Source of the DNA: Malacoraja senta
Lineage: Eukaryota
NCBI GenBank assembly: GCA_038087875.1
Contig: CM075988.1
Coordinates: forward strand, 27,592,001 to 27,656,000
Direction of reading: 5' to 3'
Length of the DNA: 64,000 bases
Numbering within the stretch: the first letter of the stretch is position 1; every line of letters starts with the position of its first letter. Position numbers and translations under genes: made by a program. The notes below the pieces were generated by a model. The model did not search any database. It saw only the letters and a list, made by a program, of their open reading frames with translations, and had not been told where the DNA came from. Positions 48,501 through 62,000 of this stretch are shown here, piece by piece.

Positions 48501-49741
48501 CAGGAATCGGCAACCTTGTTCTGCATAGGGGCCAGGACGCATGACTGAGTGGATGGCGGGCCACATGGTTAAGATGGCGGCACCTCGCGGCAGCGGCCTC
48601 TGCAGTCCGTCTGTCTTTTTTTCTTTTGTCCTGTTAAGTGTATGTTTTGGTTATAGTTTATATATTTTTAGCTGTGTGGGTGTGGGGGAAACATTTAAAT
48701 CTCTTCCTTGTACAGGGACCCGACCTTTCCCTGTCGGTTCTCCGTTGTCGTTGGGGCCTAGCACCGTGGAGCGGCCTCCAACCGGAACCGACCTGCAGAC
48801 TCACCATCGCAGAGCTGGCCGACTTCGGAGCGTGGAGAGCTGTGGTGGTGCGCGGCTGCGACCCGACTTCGGAGCTCGGAGGCTCCAGCTGCCGGCCCTG
48901 TGGACGGTAACATCGGGAGCTCGCGGGTCCCTGGTGGGAGACCGCTCCTGCAACGGCAACTTCTCCCGCCCGAATCGCGGGGTTAAAAACGACTTGGAGA
49001 TGGGCCTTACATCGCCCGGTGCGACCTTAATGGCCACGGGACTTGCCATCGCCCGCCGAGAAGAATAAAGAACGGGGAGAGACAAGACTTTGCCTTCCAT
49101 CACACTGAGGAGGTGTTTGGAAATTCACTGTGATGAATGTTTATGTAAATTGTGTATCTTGGTTTTTTTCTTGTTTGTATGACTGCAGAAACGTAATTTC
49201 GTTTGAATTTAGGTTCAAATGACAATAAACAGTATCTTATCTTACTTACATGGATCCCGCCCCGGATGGCAGGCACCAAATCACGTGTTCACATAGATCC
49301 CGCCCCTTCGGGGACAACTAGAGGCACTGCCCCTAGTTACGGGCACTCACGAACATGGCGCATCTACGGACCATTGCCTTGGCTCTGTCCTGAAGGCGGT
49401 GGCTCAAATACTCATACTCACTCATTCCCAGCCTATTGAAACCCCAATCCTGACAGTGAAGCCCAGACACGGAAGGTGCGTGGCCGTGCCGGTGGCTTTG
49501 CGCAGGATGTGGTAAGCCAGAGCTCGCCGCTCGGCAGCTCCGCCAATGTGGCCGCTAGCACAGGCCTCCTTGCGTCCTTGCGTCATCGCGCCTGGGCGCC
49601 GCAGCCTCGGGCCCGGGAGGTACCGGAGATGACAGAAGTTTGCGGGCCAGATGATTACTGGGAAAAAAATACGCCTGCGGTCCGGATGATTTCGTGTTAT
49701 GGGCCGCATTCGGCCCGAGGGCCGTAGGTTGCCGATCCCTG
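48501..49741. mobile_element. Non-autonomous hAT-type element
   Basis: TIRs CAGGAATCGGCAACC and GGTTGCCGATCCCTG; 8-bp TSD ATGTAAAG at 48493-48500 and 49742-49749; subterminal GGGCCGCATTCGGCCCGAGGGCC. Confidence 0.85.
48569..49247 (+). mobile_element. GC-rich non-autonomous retroelement nested in the hAT element
   Basis: Starts TTAAGATGGCGG and ends GACAATAAA plus TATCT/CTTA repeats. ACATGG direct repeats at 48563-48568 and 49248-49253. The 3' end is shared with 28491-28680. Confidence 0.75.
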
Positions 49742-50479
49742 ATGTAAAGGATCCTATGGGACTATTTGAAATATGAACAGGAGAATTATCCATGGTTCTT
49801 GGCCAGTATTTACATGTCAATATAAATTACTAGAAATAGAGATCATCTGTCTATTTTCATAATGCTATTTATTGTATCTTGTCCACAAACTGACTGCTGT
49901 GTTGTATTTCAAAATATTTTATTGTGTGAAATGTGCTTTGGGTTGTCTTGTAAGATACTACATGGCTGAAACTTTCTCACTGCATCTCTGCACAACAGAA
50001 GATTTATGGAAGTTAGACCAAAATATGATGTAATTTCATATAATTGTAAAAATATGCATTTAATCAATCTAGCTCTTGTATACAAAATGCAAGCAATGCT
50101 GTTAAATTTGCATTCCATTCTTTTTATCAACAAAAATCTTTAATTGGCAACATGTCGTCATTAACCAAAGGATATTTGGCCTCCTGATGGATTCAGTGCT
50201 AATTGAACTACCGGTATATTTTGTCTCTGAGGGAGTTCACGTGCCAATACCCAGATACCTTTGCAGGATGGCCTACATTTTGATTGTTGTTCAAAATTTG
50301 TTCTTGGCAAATGTCCTTCAACTGTGGCAGCCTGACAAGGATATTTTGTTTTAATAGTCAGTTTGCACCAAAACATGGAGATACTGTTATATTTTCAATG
50401 GAAGGTTAAAAGCTGTTTGCATGTTCAGATTGTATTCAACACATGGTGTATATTGATCAAATAATGCTATATCCTCTTT

Positions 50480-51190
50480 ACAAAAAAGGACAAAGTGCTC
50501 GAGTAACTGGCGGTGGTGGTGGTGGGGGGGGGGGTGTGGGGAAGAAAGCTAGATGAGAGATAGGGAAACAGGACAAAGCCTGGCAAGTGTTAGATGAAAG
50601 ATAGACACTTCTGGAGAGAAGGAATGGGTGAGGTTTCGGGTTGAGACCCTTATTCAGATTGATGAAGAAGTGTTAGATGGATACAGGTGACGAGGGTTTT
50701 GATAGGTTGGACAAAGGCCAGAGATGAAAAGACTGGTGAGAAAGAGATAGAAAGGTTGTGAATTGTGAAACCTGAGGAAGGAATGTAGGTGGAACGGGAA
50801 GAAGAGGGGAGAAATGGGTGCAAATCGAGGTGGGAGGAGAGAAGTGTGGGGGGGGGGACATGAAAAGTTGTCTTAAATTGTAGAATTCACTGTTCATACC
50901 TTTTGGGTTATAAGCTAGCTAAGTGGAATATGAGGTGCAGATCCTCTACTTTGCATTGGCCTCACTTTGGCAATGGAGAAGGCCCAGGGCAGGAAGGTCA
51001 GTATGGGATGAGAAGAGGAGTTAAAATGGTTAGCAACCGGGAGGTGCGCTAGGCCTTGGCGAACTGAGCACGTGTTTGCCGAGTCTATGCTTGGTCTCAC
51101 TGATGTAAAATGGGTCGCATTGTGAACACCAGAGACAGATGAGGTCAAGGAGGTGGGCATGAACCTCTGTCTCACCTGGATTGCGAAGAG
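50480..51190 (-). mobile_element. Penelope-like element 3' region (GIY-YIG remnant plus terminal repeats)
   Basis: QVRQRF, HLPVANHFNSSSHP; degenerate hammerhead on the minus strand at about 50625-50660. Confidence 0.65.
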
Positions 51191-51199
51191 GCACATCTG

Positions 51200-52010
51200 G
51201 TCTAAATTAGATGCTTAGGTGGATAGATGTTCGGCAGGTGAAACCGAGTAGCAAAAAGTGACAGCGATGTATCACTCCAGGATGAACTTGGTGCTTTCTA
51301 TGCTCACTTTGAAAGGGAGAACGGTGATGTATCTTCATAAGCCCTCAGATCCCTTAAGGACACGGTTCTCGGTCTCTGATGCCGACGTCTGACGATCCTT
51401 CTTGAGGTGAACCCTGGAAAATGACTGGCCCTGGGTGTACCTAGCTGTGTTCTTACTGCCTGCACAAACCAATTAGCTGGAGTTTCTATGGACGTCATCA
51501 ACCTCTCAATACTATGGTCTGAGGTCCCCACTAGCTTTAAGAAGATATCCATAATTCCAGTGCTTTAAAAGAGCTAGGTTACATGCCCCAATGACTACAA
51601 TCCGGCAACACTTGTGTCCATTGTGATGAAGTGTTTTGAAAAGTTGGTTATGACACAAATCTACTCCTGCCATTTCTACCCATTTCAATATGTTTATCAT
51701 CATAACAGATGGATGGAGGGTGATTTTGTTGTCTTCCACTCTGTGTGGACCACTTGGACAGCAGGAATGTTGGGCTGTTGTTTATCGATTACAGCTTTGT
51801 GTTCAACACCATCACCCCTTCCAAACCTGTTGTCAAATTCAGAGAATTGTACCTCTGCTCCTCCCTATGTAATTGCATCTTCAACGTTCACACTGACCTC
51901 AATCAGTTTGAATTCGCAACAGCATCTCTTCCTCACTAACCAGGAGCACCTCAAGGCTGTGTGCTCAGTTCCCTGCTCTACAATCTCTATATCTATGACC
52001 AGTTGTGTCT
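51200..52010 (+). mobile_element. Decayed Rex1/Babar LINE RT fragment
   Basis: SIVMKCFEKLV, LLFIDYSFVFNTI and GAPQGCVL-like sequence. Confidence 0.65.
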
Positions 52011-52559
52011 AGGTAAAATGGTGCTCGTATGCATATTGTTCCTTGCTTTTGGTGTCTAATGTAGATTGTCGTCCTATAAGCTGTTTGAAATGTGAGGGTC
52101 TAATTAATACATTTTATATTTAATTAGTAAACATTTTGTAATATTAAAAAATCTAAACGTTTAAAAATCTAGTTAACTTTTTAGAGGTGTCTATATGCCA
52201 TACAGATGCATACCATCACAAAAAAGTATTGCCCATGGCTGTGTAGACCTTCGCTGCTCTAATGCTATCTTTAAATTTACCAAAGGTGTCACATTATTGG
52301 AAGAATAGTTAGGAGTCAAGATTAATTTGGAAGACAAGTCGGAGTCATCAGCTTAACGATGGTGGAGAGAGTCAATGTTTAAGTTCCAGGGCACACGCAT
52401 CTCTGATGATCTGTTCTGGGCCCTGCACATTAATGCAATTACATAGAAAACTGTCCAATGTCCGATTTGCTCAGTATTACCCAATATTATTATCGAACTT
52501 CTAAGTATGTATAGGATGTACTGATTGGTTTCTCTGCCCACTCATCTCTTCCCCTATCG

Positions 52560-53605
52560 AACCACTTCCTCTGCAACCCTAGGAATTGTAACATCTTTCC
52601 CTACACCATCTTCCAGGGACCGAAACAGACCTCCAGGTAAGATAGATGTAGACCCCTCTGTGAGTATTTGGTTTGCCAAGCACCTGTGCTTTTTCCACCG
52701 TGGCCACCTTCAGTTCCCAGTTGCAAGGTATTTTAATGCCTTTTCTCATTCCAATAATGTTGTCTGACCTTGGCCACCTCCACAGCCAGGTTAAGTTCAA
52801 AAATTGACTTGTGGTACAGCACCTCATATTCTGTCTGGGCAATCCCCAACCTGATGGAATGACCATTCAATTCTTCAATTTCAGGTTATCTGCTTCCCTT
52901 CTGATTGGGTGAACATTGGGGAACATTAGAGGAAGATGACTGACTTTGGTGCCTTCCCTCACAGTGGCTAACTTTGATTCTGCTGTGTGGGGATGTTTTA
53001 TGTTGAACTCTATCGTGTGTTGTGTTCTTTATTTTTATTGTATGGCTGTATGGTGACCACACATTTCACTGTGCCAACTGGCACATGTGACAAATAAATG
53101 TATCTTGTATCTTCTGTCCCTTTCACTCTCCATCCGATTCACCCAGATTCTCTCACACAATCCTTCTCCCCAGTCCTCTAACAGCCAGTTTCTTTCCTCT
53201 CTCCCATTTATTCCACCTGCTCATTACCCATACATCAATCACACTGGGTTCCTAGCTCTTCCCCACGGTTGCTATTGGCTCACCATCGCTCCCTTATTTC
53301 GTTCCACTAACTTTTTTACCAGATTTCATAATCTGCAGCTTTGTTTTTTGTCGCCTCATCGTTTCCAGCCTCTTTCGCTATCACTGGTCTTACCAACATC
53401 ATCTGACCCTTCAGCCAATCAACTGCTCTTCTACATTTACCCATCGTTTGCTAGCTCTTGCCCCACCCCTCCCTGTTATCGCTTTAATTGGCTATCTCCC
53501 CTCTAATCTTTCAGTCTACATCTCAACATGAAAAGTTAACTGTCCATTTCGCTCCACAAACACTGCCTGGCCTGTTGAGTTCCTCCAGCAGTGTTTTTTG
53601 TGTCA
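52560..53605 (+). mobile_element. Decayed Penelope-like 3' region with a nested retroelement 3' end (about 52940-53112)
   Basis: QFPVARYFN remnant and CAGCACCTCATATTCTGTCTGGGC; nested GACTTTGGTGCCTTCCCTCACAGTG...GTGACAAATAAA(TGTATCT)n. Confidence 0.5.
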
Positions 53606-56600
53606 AATTCCCATTTACAGTCCCCTACCCTACTCATTCTCTCCTTAAATACAGACTATCATCACTGCATTTCCTCTAAACAAGTGATTTTCTGCATATG
53701 GTGAGAATAGATTCTAGCAAAGACTACATTATCCGGGCCATAGGAGGGAGTCAACTTTGCGGAAGACTGCAGTTAAATCAAAGAATTGAGCGATAGTTTA
53801 CTTCAGTGAATGATGGCCTAAAAAGTCATTTATTACTGGGTGCTATTTTGATACTATGGCAGCACTGGAAACCACATTGATGGGGCAGCCGATTAGCAAG
53901 GTTAATGGAATCAAGAGTTTGATTTTTTTTTTAAATGGTTGTAGATTTAAAAGTGGGAGAACAATACTGAGGGATAGAAATCATTAATAAAAAGTTTACA
54001 TTCAGGAAGAGAAATTGGTAATTAAGTTTGGTTGGAATAGGATCAAATGTAGGTCCCCTGGTTCATGTGGACAACCTGAAATTAAACAATCAAGAGATGA
54101 GATGGAAGCTAGAAAAAGGAAATGGAGAACTTTGTTCCCAGTCATGCTGTAAATCTGAATCTGCTCATTATATTCCACTTTATAATGTCTTTCTACTGAG
54201 GTTGTTAACTTTAATGTTGGCTTCATTCTTGAGAGTAAATTGGGAATTTCAGAAATGAAGTTCAACATGCAAGCAGATAACGTGCAATTAGTATAGTGAC
54301 TGAGAACAAACTTTATATGCTGTTATTTCTTGCCCAGTGCAGCAAAAAACATTTGGGAGGATTTAGGTCTGTCAAGCAATAGGAAGGGAAGTAAGCGGCA
54401 TATGAGTGAACAGTTTTTTCTTTGCAACTAAAAATTATCACTGAAGATGAAGGTGTAGATGGTGGGGTATGTAATCCAAGTCATTTTGTGAAGAGGAAAA
54501 GCCAGGAATTATGTTTGGATTCTCAGCCAATCATTGGATAATTAAGTGAATTAGCAGGATTGCGAAGAACAGGATTTGCTAATGCTCATATATTGTTCAG
54601 CTAAACCTGCCGACAGCTTAATGAAAGTTTCCCTCAAATATGTAATATTGCTTATCTTCTCTCTCTCCACAGCTGCTACCTGACCTGCATTACTGGCATT
54701 TTCTTTTTCTGTTACAACCTCTTACCATTATTATATAGGAGAAAAGATCGGGGGGCATAATATGGTTAAAATGAGAGCAAGAGAGAATATTTTAATATTG
54801 AAATTAATAAAAGTAAACGAGTAGATGCAGGTTAGTAGCAATGGAAAGTTCCTGATGATTGGGTGAAAAACTAGGTAGTTGGAAGTTTGACACTGCAGTT
54901 ATAAGAGATTAAATATTTTTCTGGGAGAAGATAGTGAAGAAATAGTGGCTGTATGGAGAATGAAGCAAGGAAATGATTTGAAATTGTCTCATTTGTAATA
55001 ATTAGAATACGGGAGTAAAGGCCCCGTGACATAGTGGGAACAAAGAGCTGGCTATGATTATGGATATGGAGGAGATTGTATTCCGGGAAAAGAGGGGAGG
55101 GTAGTGAATTCTGAGGAAGAAGATGGCTTGACGGTGCAGAAAGGTCTTTTAGATTTTTAGAAGCGGGTTTTTTGCAGGGGAAGCTCTACAATTACATCCC
55201 GTGAACAAATATCTTGCAGAAAGACAATTAGAGTAGTATGTTTACACTGATGTCGAAATCTTTCAGTGCACAAATCAGTATCATAAAAACACAGATGAGC
55301 TTAAAATAGTAAGACTGCAGTGAATATATGGTGATGCAGATGAGACTAGTTATGAGATGGGATGAAAGGTGAAGGATAGGAAAAGATGTAACTTGCTGTC
55401 AAGCTTTAACTTTGTTAGTGTTGTTTATGAGAATGCAAAGCATTAAAAGGAAGCAAGGGGATTAGAATAACTAATAGACCTTGATGAAAGAAATTTCACA
55501 AAGAGGGAAATTTAAAAAAAGGAAGGTGTGGTGGGATCATAGAAATTAACATCACAGAGGAGGTCATTCAGTTCATTATGTCCACTCTGGATCAATAAAA
55601 CGATTTACAGGTATTTAGGCTAATCCTACTTTCCACCTTTCCATCCGTAGCCCTGAAGGTTTCGGAATGTTAAATACTAATTCTGGTGTTTTAAAATGTA
55701 TTGAGGATTTCTGCCTGCACTATCGTCATAGGCAGATAAATTCAGACATTAGCCACTCCCTTAAATACTCTTACCATTTCTCCTAAACCTTTAGCTCCCT
55801 AGTTTATTAACTTCTCCATTGAAATAAAGTAGGTTTGAGCTGTGTTGATCTTTAATAATTTTATGCAAGTGCGCTGTCTCGGAAAGGTTGTTCAGCAGTG
55901 ATCATGGATTGATAACATCACGGAGCTTGATTCAACATTATTCAACAAGGGATACGAATGATTGTAACAGTAAGAATGGTGCATGAAAAAATGAAGATCT
56001 TGTCAAATTTGATTCTGTGCCAATTGTCTAGGTGAACACTAGCACTGTAGTACAGGCTATGGAAGAGTCAGGTTTCATTGACAGCTTCTCAATTTCTACA
56101 TTTAATTTGCATAGCAGTTGCTAGCCGTTTCACATAATAGCGCTATGATACTGTCAAGTTGAACATGTATGGAAAGAATCTGCATTTTGGATTTGCATAT
56201 GTTAAATATATTTTGTATGAAGAGGTTATCTTTAAGAACTGGTTGTTATCATGTGGTATGTTTCCAGTACATTGTTGTAGCTTGGTTGAGAGTAACTGCC
56301 TTCAATAAAGGATATTTTGTTTATGGTTTTACCTTATTTATTTGCTTATCAATGCACAGGAAGCTACAGACACTGCAGCTTCCTATTTCCTGGATAAATA
56401 CAGGTGCAAAACAGATAAGATGAACTTTCTGACTTAATACAAAGGGATAGTATGGGAAGCTTCTCAATAATGTGTAACTCGTCTCAAGAGAATATCATGT
56501 TCCTGCTTACTATTGGATTACCTTGTATAAATATCCATCCTCATTTGGTAACATTCAATTTAACAATACCCCCTTAAATAGTGACAATATATTGATGTGA

Positions 56601-57289
56601 TTGTTTGATATTCTAGTTTTGTGTTTAAATCTACTGGTATGGTACTGAGCCATAAGGATGGGAAAGTATCAAATATTATCAAGGTGGTGAGCTAGGTGAT
56701 CATTGTCTGACAATAGAAGGGTAGCTGAATGGTCCATATCAGGACAACCAGTCAACATTTCAAATTTTAGGAAGTACACAGTTCTACTTGTGTTCAGATG
56801 TCAGATGGTATAGTGTAAACAGTATTTTACTGGTTGGTTGCACAACTAACTTAACCACCTGAAAAGAGAATTAGACCAGTGTTGATTTGGAGGGGGTTTG
56901 ATAGATTGCAGATAAGTTGATAGATTGCGGATAGCTTGAGGGGCCACTGAAAGAGATGGGTTCGGCTAGGACGGATTGAACCTGGAGTCGGGGGTGGTTG
57001 CTCAACATTTCCTTATGACATGGAAGGAGGCTATTTCAGCCTGAGTCTATTCAAGGACAATGTGAAATTGAAGTTGTGCCAATTATATTGGAGATCATGC
57101 AGTTGGGCCAGAGTCCTGGGATGGTGGTAGTCAGAGTCATGATTGGGTGCCTAAATGATATTATCAATGAAAGGGGTGGGTTGCTGATAGAAACTAACAC
57201 CAAGTAAAATTATGAAAACAAATTTCTGCAAGAAGATCCATGCATTATTCTCCCCGGCCATGTGCCTGGTAAGGTTAGATCTTATTACT

Positions 57290-58010
57290 CATACAGTCAT
57301 ACAGCTTGGAAATGGGCACTTTGGCTCAACTTTCCCATTCCGACCAAAATACCCCATCTAAGCTAGTCCCATTTGGTCCTTATCCCTCTAGACCTTTCCA
57401 ATCCAAGTACCTGTCTAAGTGTCTTTTAAATGTTCTTGTACCTGCCTCAAATAGCTTCTGGCAGCTCGTTCCATATACTCACCACCCTCTGTTTGAAAAG
57501 GTTACCCTTTGGGTTCCTATTAAATCTTTCCCCCTCTCTTAAACCTGTGAGCTCTGGCTCTTGATTTATCCTACCTTGGGTAAAAGACTGTTTATTCACC
57601 CTATCATTCCCCTTATGTATTCAAGCACCTCTATAAGATCACCCTTAGCCTCCTGCTGTACAAGGAATAAACTCCCAGATTGCCCAACCTCTCCCTATAG
57701 CTCAGGCCGTCGAGTCCTGGCAACATCCTTGTAACAGTTCTCTGCACTCTGTCCAGTTTAATGCTATCTTTCATATAGCAGAGTGAAAAACTGAGTGCAA
57801 TACTCCACGTGTGGCCTCAACAACATCTTGTACAACTTATTGTAACATCCGAATTTGTGTCGTCAGTGCCCTCACTGAAGGCCAATGTATCAAATGGCTT
57901 ATTTACCATCCTGTTTACTTGTGATGCCATTTTCAGGGAACTACATGTGTACACCTAGACCTTTCTGCTCCACAACACTCACCAGAGCGCTATCATTCAG
58001 CGTGAAGTTC
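57290..58010 (-). mobile_element. CR1 3' fragment
   Basis: Similar to 38660-39196 (GAGTCCTGGCAACATCCTTGTAA, GCAATACTCC). Confidence 0.65.
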
Positions 58011-58802
58011 GCTGTGAAGAGAATGTTTTTAATTAAAATTTTCATGTAGCATTAGAAAATTGTTGTGCCACCTTTTATCCCTTCACACTTAAAAAAAGAC
58101 ATCTTCAATATAAATGTTACTACGAGTAGCTAAATTGTAAATTTTGTTTTTAAACATTGGAAATAAAAAAACACTACAAATGTTGGAAAGCTGAAATGAA
58201 AACATAGTAGTAGAAATACTCAACAGTTCAGGCAACATTAAACAGAGAGAGAGAATTAATGTTTCAGGTTAGTAATCTTTTTTTATCAGAAGTGGAGAAA
58301 TGTGATAACAAATGTGTTTTAAGTTGCAGGGAGGGGAAAGGCTATAGATAAGGAAGGGAATGTCTGTGATAGGGTGGAAACCAAGGTTGCCCAGACGACA
58401 CCATGCTTCTGGAGCCAGGCCAGTTAGTTGGAGAATTGGAGGAAGAATAAATATAAACAAAATAACATTGGAACCTAATGAAGCAGAACGATAGTAGTGG
58501 AAGTCTGAAGTAAAAGTCCGAAATATCCAGCATATCATCTACAGAGAGAAAAACTGAGTGAAGTTGGAAAACCTTGCATCAGAACTGCCCATTCTCACAA
58601 AAAAAGGAAAAGGTGGTATCTGAAATCATTGGATTTATTACCAAGACCTGAGGGCTGCAGTGGACCCAAGGCTGAAGATAAGATATCGTTCCTCAAATGC
58701 GTTTCTCTCTCCGGAGAATGCTAACGTATCTGTTGAATATTTGCAGCACTTGTTTTGTTACCATTTTTAAACAGCTTTCCAATTGACTGACATTGGATCT
58801 GT

Positions 58803-59002
58803 NNNNNNNNNNNNNNNNNNNNNNNNNNNNNNNNNNNNNNNNNNNNNNNNNNNNNNNNNNNNNNNNNNNNNNNNNNNNNNNNNNNNNNNNNNNNNNNNNN
58901 NNNNNNNNNNNNNNNNNNNNNNNNNNNNNNNNNNNNNNNNNNNNNNNNNNNNNNNNNNNNNNNNNNNNNNNNNNNNNNNNNNNNNNNNNNNNNNNNNNNN
59001 NN
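58803..59002. other. Assembly gap (200 N)
   Basis: Run of N. Confidence 0.99.
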
Positions 59003-62000
59003 TGCTGTTGTTTGAAATTTATGATGTAAGTAACATTTTGTATCTGCTTCTTGTATCTATATATAATACTTCCATTGGTCCAGTTAGTGATGATGAACCC
59101 CAGTTGAAATGTTTGATTACTACTGTATAATCATTTATTATTTTCTCATAAAGCAGAGCAAGTACCACAACTATTAACACAGAGCATCCTCAAATATTAT
59201 GTTATAGTAGAGTGAAAATAGATAATTTAGATTTTGATGAGCTGGTGAAACATTTGAAGGATGATTCTTCCAGTGTGAAATTCTACTCTGTTAATGGACT
59301 GCCTTATTTTTGCATTCTTATGAGATTATGCCATTAGTATTAATGGTAGCATTTTTGTCTGCACACTTAAACATGTGCCAATATTTGGATGAACTGTAGG
59401 CTGTCTTTGTATTTATTGTTGTCAGACTTTAATATATTTGTTGGTTTCTTGGTCCGTGCCTGAGAGGTTCAACTCGATCTTCAACAAAATATACTTAAAG
59501 AACTGAGAATCCTGTTTTATTTTGGCCTGGGGTGAAATTGATTGGGGCTGGCGATATTTGCTGCACTTGTATTTGCATGACAAACAGCATATTGCCAATA
59601 CTGTTAATACTGCAATAAATTCAGTCCTGAAACTGAAATTGTAAAAAAAAATTGAGGAAATGGTATGCACACAGCAAGTATAATTTAAAGAAAAGTTAAG
59701 GAATATGTTGTACAGTGTAGTAAGTTGCTCTGGATAATTTTGCATTGGTTTAATTTCTATATTGCACTACCATTTATATTAAAAAGAGTATTTGAAAAAT
59801 CTATGTGACCATGAAATATTAAAGTACAAACATTTAGATTTGACTTTACAGTTGGGATAAATTTGGTTAATTTGATTTGTGATCAGAGTAATGTAATGAG
59901 AAATTAACTTGTGGCAGAAAAGCAACATAATTTTACATAGTTTGATGAATATACAAAAATGCTAGTTTATAACGAACTTTATGGATTGGTATTTTCTCAG
60001 GTCGTTATTTATTGATAACGTTACTGTGAGTTGTTATATTTGAAATATGAGTAGTAATTTAAACGTGTCTAATGAATATTCTTCAGTAATGTCCTATTTT
60101 TTTAAATACAGGTCTAAATCATTAAATTTCTTTGCAAGGATTATTTGAACTAAATTAAAAAAAAAAATTAAAAAAAATTCGGATTAAGGCAAAAATAACC
60201 ATTGCTCGACACTCTTTTTAAGAAATTTTTCTATGCGATTTTAAGAATGTATGGATCGCTTATTTATTAACCTTTGTCTAACGGTCAGCCTGGAATGCCT
60301 ACTTTCTCTTACATATTGCATAAATATTTTTCTCTGAATCTTCATATTTTCAACAGTTCTGTTTTCAATTTTTTTTCATGTTAAGAAAATTGAGGGATAA
60401 GATTTAGTACGGAAAAGTGCCTTTGACGTAAAAGATCAGCCATTAGGTAATTGAAAGTTGAGGGGCGGAATGGGACACACTTGCTTCTATTTCACATGGT
60501 CTTACTAATAGTGTCATCTCCTTCAATTGAACACTTGGTAAAATATGGCCTTATGGCCACAATCCTTTAATATATATTCAAACGACTATGCTAAAGGTGG
60601 TTGCATTCACAAAAGGTAAAATGCTATAATTTGCTGCATAGTTTCTTAATGCAAAAACCCTGATAAGCCCAGAGGCAACCCATTCAAATATTAGTCAAGA
60701 GTGTGTTATTGTGATATGTCTCAAAACAGAGCAATGGAATTCTTTCTTGCAGCATGTGTAAACATAGTACTGTGCAAACACCAGAGACAAAAGACTGCCC
60801 CCAAGTCTACGTAGTTTGGAGCTTACTTGGAGGTTGTAGAGTTTAAAAGCCTGATGGTTGTAGGGATGAAACTGCTCCAGAACCTGTACATCAGTTTTCA
60901 GGCTATTATACCTTCTTCTGGATGGCAGGAGTGAAAGTAGAATGTGGCCAGGGGTACTGAGACAGGAGTTGATTTGCATCAGAATCAACCTTTTGAGGTA
61001 CTTCATCACAATGGACCTGATTGCTGCTGTTTGGTAGTCATTGAGGCATGTCACCTTGCTCTTCTTGGGCACCAGAATTATGGAAGTCTTCTTGAAGCAT
61101 ATGGGGACCTTGAACCATAGAATTAACAAGTTGATGTCTGCGAAGGTTCAAGCCAGGAAAGCTGTAAGAACCATCAAGACCAGATTCTTTCCTTGGAATC
61201 ACCCTGAAGAAGAATCTTCTGACATTGGCTTCAGAGAATTAAATGTGTCATCAAGGAATCTAGGAGGTTGTGAAGATGCATTACTTTTTTTCAAAGCGAG
61301 CATTGAGCTCATCCGCGTGTGATGCACCATTGTCACTTGAGGTACTCGGTTTCACCTTGTGATAGTGTGCAAGCCACGCTACAGTTGCCTCCAATTTAGA
61401 CCAAAAGTGTATCTTTGCATTCATGATGACCTTCTGGAGACAAACCTGGACTTCTTGTAAGACACTGGATCTTCTGACATTGGCCTCTGAGACTGAGATC
61501 ACAATATTGTTGGGGAACTTTTTATTCTCCCTTTTCGAAGGGAACATAGAAAAAAAATCAAGATTGTACTGGAATGATGAGACATTGTCACTTGTGGTAC
61601 TCAATTTCAGATATGCTTGGTGCTCTGCTATCATATGCTTCAGTACTCATTGAACAAAGGTTGTTCCCCTGGCTTGATGTTATTATTAGAGTAAGGGATA
61701 CACTGTGCCATGAAGTTACAGATTATCAAATGGTGCATTTCTGATGGTCCACAGCAGTTCATGATGTCCAGGTTTGAGATGCCAGATCTGTTCTGATTGT
61801 TTCCTATTTTTCACATTCCTATTGCCATACAACATGATGGAGGATGCCCTTGGTATGACCTAACTTTTTGTCCGAAAACATTGCACTGAATGCATGATTG
61901 TCTAGCAAATAAGAAATGTACTTCCCATTGTAGTTTTTAACCCAGACAGTGAAGTAGTGGATGCCTATGAACTACCATTTTTAAAGTGGTTTTCTACAAA

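Larger units (their letters stand above)
48360..49960 (+). mobile_element. Deu-domain SINE (SacSINE1/AmnSINE1-like), split by a hAT MITE
   Basis: GGGTGGATGTAAAG|GATCCTATGGGACTATTTGAA...TTGGCCAGTATTT...GCTTTGGG matches the Deu-domain pattern as I recall it. Further degenerate copies lie at about 46060-46210 (+) and 47900-48220 (-). Confidence 0.6.

Noticed and set aside
58783..59130. ORFs spanning the N gap
   Set aside because: Artefacts of translating N.
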